Both the position numbers and the translations under genes were made by a program. A stretch of DNA of 64,000 nucleotides, from NCBI GenBank assembly GCA_963674825.1, contig OY771587.1, forward strand, positions 3,392,001-3,456,000. The letters are read 5' to 3'. The notes beneath the pieces were generated by a model. The model saw only the letters and a list, made by a program, of their open reading frames with translations, was not told the origin of the DNA and ran no database searches. This document shows, piece by piece, positions 9,608 to 18,673 of this stretch (positions are counted from its first letter, which is position 1; each line of letters starts with the position of its first letter). This stretch comes from Candidatus Cloacimonadales bacterium (GTDB taxonomy: Bacteria > Cloacimonadota > Cloacimonadia > Cloacimonadales > JAIOQZ01).

Positions 9608-10159
9608 TTATTCACTAATCTCGCTGAATTTCTCCACCTGGAAGATAAATAGCTCGGTATTAGGGTCTTTGTAAGCGTTGGCGGGAAGTCCTGCTTTATG
9701 AGCGCATAGACTCATAAGGAAGGTCTCCGTATCCCATCCGGTTTCCGTGGCTACCTGCGGTAGATAAACCCCGCTGGAAAAGCCTTTTCGTACCCAGACG
9801 CCATCGATTCCCATGCGGATATCCTGCCAGTCGTCGATGCGTTGCATAGGGCTAAGTACCGAAATTTCAATGGTGATCTGATCCAGTTCGTTCGCGGTGA
9901 CTGCCGGGAAGCGTGGATCGTTGAACGCAGCGCTTGCGGCCATTTCCGAAACAGCAAGGTAGAGCGGTTCCCGGGCGATCATCATCCCAATACATCCACG
10001 CAGGTTATCGCGTTTATTCAGGGTGACGAACACGGCGCGTTCGGCGATTAGATCGTTGTCGCTTGGTTTCTCCGGTTGAAGCTTCTTACCGGTCTTCAGG
10101 TAGGTTTCGATGCTGGTTCGAGCCAGCTTTAAAAGGTAGTCCCTCTGTTGTTCGTTCAT
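9608..10159 (-). CDS. AmmeMemoRadiSam system protein A (AMMECR1 domain)
   Basis: AVFVTL...LRGCIG, DPRFP, IEISVLS, GVYLPQVA, CAHKAGL. Confidence 0.93.
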   Translation of the reverse strand: MNEQQRDYLLKLARTSIETYLKTGKKLQPEKPSDNDLIAERAVFVTLNKRDNLRGCIGMMIAREPLYLAVSEMAASAAFNDPRFPAVTANELDQITIEISVLSPMQRIDDWQDIRMGIDGVWVRKGFSSGVYLPQVATETGWDTETFLMSLCAHKAGLPANAYKDPNTELFIFQVEKFSEISE

Positions 10160-10284
10160 GGTGTACCTCCAACAGCATATCCTGCAAGAGGGTGTTGGTT
10201 GATCAAGCTTTTTCTTTGTGAAATCATCTTCTAAATGTTGATTTCATGGGTTGTGTATAATTGGAGAAGAATTGGGATAGTGAT

Positions 10285-10534
10285 GCCAAGCTGGGGCTTG
10301 GCGCTCCAAGAGGAATGTAGGCGCTGATGCTTCGACTCTTGAGGGATTCAAGTTTGGGCTTCGCAAAACTCACGGCTCAGCATGACACAGCAGCGTTTTC
10401 TCAGGCTCGCAATCGTTTCACACGAGATTCGAATTTGAATGCAAATTCACAGACGTTTGCGTACCCAAGGCTGCTGTAGGGGCAGACCACTGTGTCTGTC
10501 CTCTCTAATGCGGATCTGGAACTCTGCGTACCCA
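10285..10534. repeat. Cluster of REP-like palindromes (array A)
   Basis: GCCAAGC-TGGG-GCTTGGC-GCTCC (10285-10307); GCTTCGAC[module]GGCTCAGCATGACA (10329-10387); GAATTTG-aatg-CAAATTC (10431-10448); CAGACGTTTGCGTACCCA (10450-10467); GTAGGGGCAGAC-CACTGT-GTCTGTCCT (10476-10502); GCGGA..TCTGCGTACCCA (10510-10534). Confidence 0.75.
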
Positions 10535-10560
10535 ATTGTCGTGAGAAGGAATCGTGCGGG

Positions 10561-11151
10561 TTAGAAAGAATAGCCGAGAAGCACCGAGTAGGCGATGTTC
10601 TTCAGCTCGACTTCCTCATCGTAGAACGGTGTAAGCGCTTGTTCGTATCGCAGGTCAATGGAGTAGCGACCCCAGTTGATGCCGTTTCCGAGGATCACGC
10701 CAAATTCAAAGTCTTCCACGTTGTCGAGGTTCTCAGTATCGCCGTCGTAGATGTGCTTTGCTGTAAGATTGTAGGCACCGTACGTGCCAGCGCTGAGATA
10801 GGGGATGATATTACCGATACGGAAATCCATTCTGACCATGACAGGAAGTTGCAGGTAGGTCAGCTCGTAGCGTTCTTTGGGGCTTGTATTCGATGAGGGA
10901 ATTTTACTTCCGCGGTTTGTGTATAGTAACTCGGCCTGTACGCCCCAACCGAATTCCTGAAAGAGTTCGGCGCGGTAATCGACATAAAAACCGCCGGCGA
11001 AGCTATATACATTGCGGTCATCGATATCTGGATCGCTGCCGATTTCCGTCATCAATCCCCCCAAAAGCGCTCCTGTGCGTAATTCAGCCGCGTTTGCAGC
11101 CATCATTATGCACAGGAACGCCAGGGCCAATATCGTTGATTTTCTCATCAT
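10561..11151 (-). CDS. Outer-membrane beta-barrel (PorT/OMP_b-brl_2-like porin family)
   Basis: Signal peptide; QAELLYTNRG, YLQLPVM, DLRYEQ; C-terminal LGYSF. Confidence 0.85.
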   Translation of the reverse strand: MMRKSTILALAFLCIMMAANAAELRTGALLGGLMTEIGSDPDIDDRNVYSFAGGFYVDYRAELFQEFGWGVQAELLYTNRGSKIPSSNTSPKERYELTYLQLPVMVRMDFRIGNIIPYLSAGTYGAYNLTAKHIYDGDTENLDNVEDFEFGVILGNGINWGRYSIDLRYEQALTPFYDEEVELKNIAYSVLLGYSF

Positions 11152-11777
11152 GATTTCTGCATGTTGACTTGGACTTCTTTCACTTCGTCGAATTTTTCCA
11201 GGTGTTCTGTGATCTCTTCCACCACGTTGTCGCGGTGCGGATCGAAGCTGGGAATATCAAGATCGACGATCGCGACGCCGTTATCGAATCCGGCGTATTT
11301 GACCATTTTCAGGGTCACGATATCCTCTCCAACCTTGGGGTAAATGACCTTCTTAAGCTCTTCCAGGATCGAATCCTTGCTGAACTTTTCCGCGTCACTC
11401 AGATTGTGTTCCACTTCGTATTGCTTGATAGCTTTTCGAAGTGTATCCACTGCCAGCACGGAGCAATGCATCTTCTGGGGCGGAAGACCATCGAGCGTTT
11501 CAGCGGCTTCTTTCCACGTGATGTTCTTGGCTTCGTTCAGCGATTTGCCCAATGCCATATCGGTTATGATCGACGCGGTTGCGATGTTGGATGCACAGCC
11601 GTAGGATTGGAACTTGATATCCTCAATTTTATTGTTCTCGGGATTCACTTTCAGGTAAAGCGTCACCTGGTCACCGCATGCGGGGCTTCCCTCGGTCGCG
11701 ATTACGTCGGCATTATCCATTTTCCCGATGTTGTGCGGGTTCATGAAATGATCAAGTACTTTCTGAGAATACTGCAT
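11148..11777 (-). CDS. iscU: IscU/NifU-N Fe-S scaffold fused to a C-terminal DUF59/FeS_assembly_P-like domain
   Basis: YSQKVLDHFMNPHNIG, SPACGD, YGCAS, KMHCS; ~75-aa tail LEELKKVIYPKVGEDIVTLKMV...VKEVQV. Confidence 0.85.
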   Translation of the reverse strand: MQYSQKVLDHFMNPHNIGKMDNADVIATEGSPACGDQVTLYLKVNPENNKIEDIKFQSYGCASNIATASIITDMALGKSLNEAKNITWKEAAETLDGLPPQKMHCSVLAVDTLRKAIKQYEVEHNLSDAEKFSKDSILEELKKVIYPKVGEDIVTLKMVKYAGFDNGVAIVDLDIPSFDPHRDNVVEEITEHLEKFDEVKEVQVNMQKS

Positions 11778-11805
11778 GTTAACCTCTCATACGCTTGAGT
11801 TTACG

Positions 11806-12969
11806 CTACGCATTATATAGCGGACTTCGCGCTCGAAGCGTAGCGACTACTTTTTCCAGCGCGTCCACTGTTTTGTCAATCTCTTCTTCGGTGGTATAGC
11901 GACTAACCGTCATCTTCATCGAGCCGTGCGACTGCTCGTGCGTCCTTCCGATACCCATCAGGATGTAGTTCGCCTTGAGACCCTGCGACGCACAAGCGCT
12001 GCCGGTCTGCATGGCGATACCTTGCATATCAAGCATCATCATGATCGCTTCACCCTCGATGAAAAGGAAGCTTATGTTGCAGTTGTGAGCGATGCGCCCT
12101 TTGTCTCTCGGGCCGTTGATCATGATATGCGGAATGCGTGCTTGAATCTGGTCGAAAAGCCGGTCGCGCATCCGTTTCATGTGCGCGATGTTCTCGTCCA
12201 AATTGCCAATCGCAAGTTCCGCAGCTTTCGCGAATCCAGCCATGGCATACACCGGGATCATGCCTGTCTCGAGATTATCGACACGAGCGATACCGTGCGT
12301 GACCTGCGCTAACCGTGTACCCTTTCTGACATACAGCGCGCCGATTCCCTGCGGTCCGTGTATCTTGTGGGCCGAAAAAGACATCAGATCGACAGCAGGA
12401 TTGTTCACGTCAATGGGCATCTTCCCATACGCCTGGCCGGCATCGACGATCAGCCCGACTTTCTGCGGAGCCTGATCGAGGATTGCACGAATTTTGTCCA
12501 GTGGTTGAACGGTGCCGGTTACGTGGTTGGCGAGTGTGGTCAGGAACATGATCGTATCGGGCCGAATGGCGTCTTTAAGCTCTTCCAGATCGATAAACGC
12601 TTCTTCGTCCGCCGGGAGGTAGGTGACTTCGAAGCCGTTCTCATCGAGGAATGCTGCATTGGTCAGGATGTCCGGGTAATCGACGATCGAGCAGATGATG
12701 TGCCTGCCGCGATTGGCGTTGGCTACAGCATAGCCCTTGATGGCGATGTTGTTCGCCGAGGTGCCGCCGCGGGTAAAATGAAGTTCGGCATCGTCGGCAT
12801 TGATGGTCTGCGCGATGGTGTGCTTGAATGCCGCGATGTCGGATTGTATCTCTTCGCCATGCTGCACGAAGTTATCGGGCAACCAGAACTTTTCCGTCAG
12901 GTATGGTTGCATGGCTTCGATGACTTCCGGTGCTGGCCGGGATGTCATACAATTCTTCAAGTATATCAT
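11806..12969 (-). CDS. iscS: Cysteine desulfurase (IscS/NifS class V aminotransferase), divergent
   Basis: PLP lysine motif SAHKIHGPQGIGALY; catalytic loop GSACAS; adjacent to iscU. Confidence 0.8.
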   Translation of the reverse strand: MIYLKNCMTSRPAPEVIEAMQPYLTEKFWLPDNFVQHGEEIQSDIAAFKHTIAQTINADDAELHFTRGGTSANNIAIKGYAVANANRGRHIICSIVDYPDILTNAAFLDENGFEVTYLPADEEAFIDLEELKDAIRPDTIMFLTTLANHVTGTVQPLDKIRAILDQAPQKVGLIVDAGQAYGKMPIDVNNPAVDLMSFSAHKIHGPQGIGALYVRKGTRLAQVTHGIARVDNLETGMIPVYAMAGFAKAAELAIGNLDENIAHMKRMRDRLFDQIQARIPHIMINGPRDKGRIAHNCNISFLFIEGEAIMMMLDMQGIAMQTGSACASQGLKANYILMGIGRTHEQSHGSMKMTVSRYTTEEEIDKTVDALEKVVATLRARSPLYNA

Positions 12970-13140
12970 TTTCGTATCCTTTACGTTTTGATTACAAGTT
13001 TCTTATTCCATTTCGGTGATGCAAGAGATTTCTCAACCGCATCATGATAATATATCAAAAAAGCAGTCCAGACCAGAAGTTTTTCCCAAAAATTGCCTTC
13101 GAAGGATGTGTTGAGTCATTAGATCAGTGAATAATTTCCC

Positions 13141-13387
13141 TGGGTACGCAGACGTCTTTGAAGAGAGGGCAATCACTGTGGATTGCCCCTATAGCTCTCC
13201 CTGGTACGCAGAACTCCAGCTTTGTATTCTCTTGTCTCTAACCTTCTCCCGCTTGCGGGAGAGGGTCGGTTCGACGAAGGAGAACCGGGGTGAGGGAGAA
13301 AAGAGGTATTTGAATTCCACTTTCGCTATTTCGCTACGCGAAAGGCTTTCGTTCGACGATTTCGTTTCCGCTACGCGAAAGCCGAAA
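13141..13387. repeat. Cluster of REP-like palindromes (array B), between the iscS upstream region and the FG-GAP gene 1 stop
   Basis: TGGGTACGCAGACGTCT (13141); GGGCAATC-ACTGTG-GATTGCCCCTAT (13167-13192); TGGTACGCAGAACTCCAG (13202); CTTCTCCCGC-TT-GCGGGAGAGGG then CGGTTC..GAACCG GGGTGAGGG (13242-13296); TTTCGCTACGCGAAA and GGCTTTCG..CGAAAGCC hairpins (13329-13387). Confidence 0.8.
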
Positions 13388-15058
13388 TTATTTCAACAAA
13401 GTCACCTTCTGCGTTCTGAGCGTTTTATCTCCTGCATTCAGCTTACAGAAGTAGATCCCGCTCGAAAAGCCTTCGGCGTTCCAGGGGATGGTAGACGATA
13501 ACCCCCCTTTGTCCCCGTTTGAGTGATTCGAGTTATTGCCTCCGGCAAAACTCACACTTGTCAGGGGGGTGAAGAGAGTTTCCACTTTCTGCCCTCGTAT
13601 ATTATAGATTTCTATCGTCAAATCGTGGTATTCGGTATCCGTCTTGATCTCGAACGACACCTCCGGATTGAACGGATTCGGATAGGCATTGAATGTGATA
13701 TCCGCTGGTGGCACTGTCTCATCGTCAATCGGTGTCGGATCTTGTTCAATTAATCCAGCATGGCCGGCATACACATACACATCGCCATAATTCGAAGGTG
13801 TTGATGTGCTCCGGCCAAAAGCCCCCACAGCGATATCGTCATAACCGTCGTTGTCGAAATCGCCAACGGCATAGCCTACGCCATAACCGTAATGCCCATC
13901 GAAATCATAGTAATCTTCTGTTCCGTTCTGGTTCCCGAGATAGAAATAAAGACATCCTCCATATTCAACCGGATAAGTATCAACAAGGTCGATTTTCTGA
14001 TCGCCGTTGATATCACCAACTTCAGGACAGAAATAATTCGATGTCTCGATATACGTATATCGGTCCCAGTCAATCGTCTCGCCACCACGCCATAAGCGAG
14101 TTCCAACAGAAATGAATTCTTCATTTATATCATAATAGGTGAACGCGAAATCGTCGTAGCCATCGCCATCCCAGTCTCCTGCCGGTACGAGTTCATAGCT
14201 ATTAGAAGAACCATATGTGCGCCTTTCATAATCGAACGATGCGTCCGGGATTGTATCCTGTACAGTTCCACCCCAGAAGAAGCGATCATAGTGATAATAG
14301 GTATTCGTTCCATCTGGATTATCAACATGATCCCCCTCGTAGTAGTAACTGAAGTCGTCATAGCCATCGTTGTTCACATCACCAAGCCCGCGGAAGCCGC
14401 GTCCGTTGCGCGTATAGATGCTGTCAACAAACACCACCTTTTCGAAGCTGCCGCCGTAGATGATCGAATAGGTAAGCCAACCGGGATATTCATATTCCGT
14501 TACGCCTGCGTCGTCGTACCCGTCGCCGTTGATGTCGCCGAGAGGGTGGAGATCGATATTTGAATAAGAAGCTTCGGAGTCATACACATGGTCTGTAAGT
14601 GTATCATTAACAGTACTGCCTTCAAGAATACGATAGGAATAGAAGTAATGATAGATATCATCATGTGTTCGTTCACAATAGGTATATCCAATCTCATCGC
14701 AATTGTCGCCGTTCATGTCACCGAGATTCTCGATTTTTATCCAGGAAAATCTCCAATTCAGAGTAGTATCTACTGCCGTGGTAATTACCAAATTCGGCTC
14801 ATCAGGCAAGCCCTCATCGGAGCCGAAATAAATATAAAGCTTGCCTCTTTGCGCTTCATAATTCGGATCATTGTTGAATTGAGACGCATTCACTGCTAAA
14901 TCATCGATATTGTCGCCGTTAAAATCCAACGAAATTACACTTATACCGAAATGGTCATTTGCTTGTTCGCCGTGTTGCTGCCATACAATATCGAGCTGGT
15001 TGTTGGCAATTAAAAGAACGCTAATAGTGAGTAAGATGGCTATACAAAGGTATCGCAT
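13388..15058 (-). CDS. FG-GAP (integrin-alpha-like beta-propeller) protein with T9SS-type C-terminal sorting domain, paralogue 1
   Basis: Signal peptide; seven D-x-N/D-G-D Ca-binding repeats (DFNGD, DMNGD, DINGD, DVNND, DWDGD, DINGD, DFDND); C-terminal YPNPFNP...IYNIRGQKV...SGIYFCKL...KVTLLK. Confidence 0.9.
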   Translation of the reverse strand: MRYLCIAILLTISVLLIANNQLDIVWQQHGEQANDHFGISVISLDFNGDNIDDLAVNASQFNNDPNYEAQRGKLYIYFGSDEGLPDEPNLVITTAVDTTLNWRFSWIKIENLGDMNGDNCDEIGYTYCERTHDDIYHYFYSYRILEGSTVNDTLTDHVYDSEASYSNIDLHPLGDINGDGYDDAGVTEYEYPGWLTYSIIYGGSFEKVVFVDSIYTRNGRGFRGLGDVNNDGYDDFSYYYEGDHVDNPDGTNTYYHYDRFFWGGTVQDTIPDASFDYERRTYGSSNSYELVPAGDWDGDGYDDFAFTYYDINEEFISVGTRLWRGGETIDWDRYTYIETSNYFCPEVGDINGDQKIDLVDTYPVEYGGCLYFYLGNQNGTEDYYDFDGHYGYGVGYAVGDFDNDGYDDIAVGAFGRSTSTPSNYGDVYVYAGHAGLIEQDPTPIDDETVPPADITFNAYPNPFNPEVSFEIKTDTEYHDLTIEIYNIRGQKVETLFTPLTSVSFAGGNNSNHSNGDKGGLSSTIPWNAEGFSSGIYFCKLNAGDKTLRTQKVTLLK

Positions 15059-15061
15059 GGC

Positions 15062-15841
15062 TTAGTGGGACGGTGTTACCGCGTACCAGGCGGATGTGGT
15101 GAAGAGGTCGCAGCGCATTGGCATTGGTAAAGGCAGCGGCACGGTAGGGAGGTGGAACTTGCTGCGATAGATGGGGTTGATCAGCCACAGACGGCGCTCG
15201 AGAATGGTCATCCCGCAGTTCTGGCAGAGCTTTTCGAAGTCGAAGGTTGAAAGCCCAGTCTCCGGCAGCTCCATGAGCCCATCAAGTCGTTCACCGCGTT
15301 CGCCAACCAGTTCCAGCCACTTGCGATAGGCGACTTTTGGCAGCAGGTGCATCCAGGGGCATTTTCCGAGTGGGGTATCGGCCATCTGCTGGTGGCCACC
15401 GAATGGCATCGACCACGGCGGAAATCCCACGAAGAGCACACCACCATTGGAAAGAAGGCTCTTGCAAAGCATGAGCAGCACGCGCTTGGCTTCCACGTGT
15501 TCGATCACGTCCTTGAGGACGATGATGTCGAATTTCTCTCGGTGTGCGGCCATCCACTGGAAGATGTCCGCCGTTTCGAGTTGCATTCTTCCGGCATGAA
15601 TTTTATCCGCGAAATGTTCCCGGGCCCAATCGATCTTGGATTGACTGAGGTCGATCCCGACGCCAGTCGCGCCTTCGTCGAGGAAGCGATCGAGAACGCC
15701 GGCCTCGCCGCAGCCAAGCTCGAGAACACGACGTCCATTCATGGTCATGAACGGCCTTAGCATGGGCAGGATGGCGTCCTGGCACACCTGGCGCTGTTGG
15801 ATCATTTTACGGTTACGATTGTGATGAAACGGTAAGGGCAT
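15062..15841 (-). CDS. Class I SAM-dependent methyltransferase
   Basis: VLELGCGEAG, GIDLS, FDIIVLKDVIEHV, PFGGHQQ; start moved to ATG 15841, which has a GGAGG RBS. Confidence 0.88.
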   Translation of the reverse strand: MPLPFHHNRNRKMIQQRQVCQDAILPMLRPFMTMNGRRVLELGCGEAGVLDRFLDEGATGVGIDLSQSKIDWAREHFADKIHAGRMQLETADIFQWMAAHREKFDIIVLKDVIEHVEAKRVLLMLCKSLLSNGGVLFVGFPPWSMPFGGHQQMADTPLGKCPWMHLLPKVAYRKWLELVGERGERLDGLMELPETGLSTFDFEKLCQNCGMTILERRLWLINPIYRSKFHLPTVPLPLPMPMRCDLFTTSAWYAVTPSH

Positions 15842-16130
15842 GCTATTACCTCCAGGGAATGAACTATTCTTAAAAAGCGTGGTTGTCAAGCGGAAAGTGG
15901 GAAGGATATGTTGCGCATCGATCCGAAACAAATTCAGCACCCGAATCATGTTTTGTGAATGCAATTCGTTAATATTTATTGATATTAGGGCTGAATGTCA
16001 CTCGTGAATGCGGCTGGCAGCCAACAAAATCATTGACAATGTTTGGAATTCGTCGATATTTTTGATAGATACAGTAATCAACCCTGTTGCGCTATCAAGT
16101 GCGGCAGCGAGTTCTTTGAATGGAGCAACT

Positions 16131-17471
16131 ATGGAAAAGATTTTCGTATTGGACACAAACGTTCTCATACACGATCCGCAGGCGTTATTCTCCTTCGAGG
16201 AAAATCGTGTAGTCATCCCGATCACCGTGATCGAAGAGATTGACAATTTCAAGAAAGGATTGGACGAGAAAGGCCGGAACGCCCGTCAAATCGGAAGATA
16301 TCTTGACCAGCTACGTCAAAAGGGAAGCCTTCAGGATGGCATCAAAACCGAAAAGGGTGGCCTGATCCAGGTCGCGCTCAGCCGGAAAATCTCCGACACG
16401 GCCAGCGATATCCTGATAACCGACACAAACGATAATCTCATTATCGGAACCGCGCTTTACTTCCAGAAGAAATACAACGACTCCGAGGTGATTCTCGTAT
16501 CGAAAGACGCCAACGTGCGCATCAAAGCGAACGCCGTGCAGCTCAAAGCCGAGAATTTCGAATCGGATCACATTAAATTCGAAGAGCTCTATACCGGGGT
16601 AACCGAACTGATTCTCACCGAGAAACAGTATCATGACTTCAAGGAGCGCGAATACCTTACACGCAGGACTTTCAGGTTCTACCCGCAACAATTTGTGCGG
16701 GTGATCAACAAGAAGAAACCTTCCGAGCATACACTTACACGTTACTCCGCATCCACCAAGACGCTCTATCCGCTGGCGTACTACAAAGGACAGCAGGTCT
16801 TTGGCATCACCGCTCGCAATGAAGAGCAAGCGCTTGCCTTCGATCTTCTTCTTGACGACGATGTCAAGATGGTCAGCCTCGCGGGTAAGGCCGGAACCGG
16901 TAAGACGCTCATTGCGATCGCGGCTGGGCTGAATCAGGTGATGGAAGAGGATAAATACACGCGACTCGTTATCTCGCGTCCCATCTCACCGCTTGGCAAA
17001 GATCTCGGATTTCTTCCCGGCAGCAAGGCGGAGAAATTCAATCCCTGGATGCAGCCGATCTATGACAACATGGAAATTCTTCTGCTGGGCCACGAAGATC
17101 ACGCGGACAACGGCAAGATTTTTGGCAAGAAACGTCCCTCGCTTGATGAATACCTCGATTACGGGTTCATCGAGTTGGAACCGCTTACCTATATTCGCGG
17201 ACGCAGCCTGCCCAAGCAATTCATCATCATCGACGAGGCGCAAAACCTCTCACCGCACGAGATGAAGACCATTATTACTCGTGCCGGCGAAGGGACAAAG
17301 ATCGTCCTGACCGGCGACCCTTATCAGATCGACATCCCATACCTGGATTCCGAGAGTAACGGGCTGAGCGTCGTTGTCGAAAAATTAAAAGGAGAAGATA
17401 TCGTCGGACACGTTACCCTTGAGAAGGGAGAACGGTCCAGACTGGCCGATATCGCGGCAAAATACTTTTGA
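16131..17471 (+). CDS. PhoH family protein with N-terminal PIN domain (PhoH2/YlaK type)
   Basis: VLDTNVL, GKAGTGKT, YIRGRSL, IIDEAQN, LTGDPYQID; ATG 16131 follows GGAG. Confidence 0.95.
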   Translation: MEKIFVLDTNVLIHDPQALFSFEENRVVIPITVIEEIDNFKKGLDEKGRNARQIGRYLDQLRQKGSLQDGIKTEKGGLIQVALSRKISDTASDILITDTNDNLIIGTALYFQKKYNDSEVILVSKDANVRIKANAVQLKAENFESDHIKFEELYTGVTELILTEKQYHDFKEREYLTRRTFRFYPQQFVRVINKKKPSEHTLTRYSASTKTLYPLAYYKGQQVFGITARNEEQALAFDLLLDDDVKMVSLAGKAGTGKTLIAIAAGLNQVMEEDKYTRLVISRPISPLGKDLGFLPGSKAEKFNPWMQPIYDNMEILLLGHEDHADNGKIFGKKRPSLDEYLDYGFIELEPLTYIRGRSLPKQFIIIDEAQNLSPHEMKTIITRAGEGTKIVLTGDPYQIDIPYLDSESNGLSVVVEKLKGEDIVGHVTLEKGERSRLADIAAKYF

Positions 17472-18673
17472 TGGATCAACAAATCAATTCCGACCACGAG
17501 CTGATCGATATCGATAAGCTTGCGATCGGGATGTGCCTATCGCGTCCTGTACACAACGAGTTTGGCCTTAAACTGCTCGACGCTGGGATTTTTATCGATT
17601 CCGAGCTGCAGATTGAGAAGCTCCGGCAAGGCGGCGTGCGTAAGGTGTTCGTCACACGAGAGACTTACAAACCTGTCGGCAGCACATCGGAGCAAAAGAA
17701 GCTTGAGAAGGAGTTTCTGGAAGAGGTTGAAGATCCTGATAAAATCATCAGCGAGCTCAAACAGGAACTCGTTGTGGCTCGAAGGATTTACGAATCCGCA
17801 CAGAGCGTTATCGATGACGTTCTGCACAACGTGCGTATGGGAAAGAACATTGACAGCGTGGAAGTTCGCAATGCGGCCAGCCAGCTGATCGAAAGTGTTA
17901 TCCACAATCCCCACGCGCTCATGAGTATGGTGAACCTCAAGCGCACCGACGAATATACCTTCAACCACAGCGTCAATGTCACCGCCATCTCGCTTTCCAT
18001 CGCTTCACATCTCTCAATGACCACCGAGCAGCTTGACACAATCGGAGTGGGAGCCCTTATGCACGATGTGGGCAAGGCAAAAATCGACGTCAACATCATT
18101 AACAAGCCTGGAAAGCTAACCGATGAGGAATTCGAGATCATGCAGCGGCATCCGGTTTATGGTTATGAGATCTGCAAGCGAGAGAATTTCCGGAACGACC
18201 AGGTTCTGGACATCGTACGCCATCATCATGAGGCGTATAACGGTACCGGCTACCCTGATCGGCTATCCAGAAGGGATATCACCAAGTACGCAGCGCTGGT
18301 TTCCATTGCGGATTTCTATGACGCACTCACCACCGAACGCAGCTACAAGAAGTCACTAAAACCTGCCGAGACGATCAATTTCTTGCACAAGATGTCCAAC
18401 AACAAGTTCGATCGCCGGTTGGTGTTTCATTTCATCAAGGTGATGGGTATTTATCCCATTGGAAGTGTGCTTAAACTCAATTCCGGGCGTATCGGCATCG
18501 TAGTGGGATTTTCTCATAAAAACCTTCTGCACCCCATTCTGAAGATTCTCGTTAATGAAGATGGCACATTCAACCGCGCATATGAGACCATATTGCTACA
18601 CGAATCGGAGGACTTCATCACCGATCTCAATCCGAATTTCCGTTTCAAAGGCAATCTCGAGGATATTCTCTGA
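17471..18673 (+). CDS. HD-GYP c-di-GMP phosphodiesterase (DUF3391-like N-terminus)
   Basis: YTFNHSVNV, HDVGK, HHEAYNGTGYP, IADFYDALT; overlaps the phoH stop (TGATG). Confidence 0.92.
   Translation: MDQQINSDHELIDIDKLAIGMCLSRPVHNEFGLKLLDAGIFIDSELQIEKLRQGGVRKVFVTRETYKPVGSTSEQKKLEKEFLEEVEDPDKIISELKQELVVARRIYESAQSVIDDVLHNVRMGKNIDSVEVRNAASQLIESVIHNPHALMSMVNLKRTDEYTFNHSVNVTAISLSIASHLSMTTEQLDTIGVGALMHDVGKAKIDVNIINKPGKLTDEEFEIMQRHPVYGYEICKRENFRNDQVLDIVRHHHEAYNGTGYPDRLSRRDITKYAALVSIADFYDALTTERSYKKSLKPAETINFLHKMSNNKFDRRLVFHFIKVMGIYPIGSVLKLNSGRIGIVVGFSHKNLLHPILKILVNEDGTFNRAYETILLHESEDFITDLNPNFRFKGNLEDIL

Noticed and set aside
10285..13387. Palindrome clusters as a CRISPR array or integron attC sites
   Set aside because: No identical repeats with regular unique spacers, no cas or integrase gene, and no attC core-site pairs recognised.
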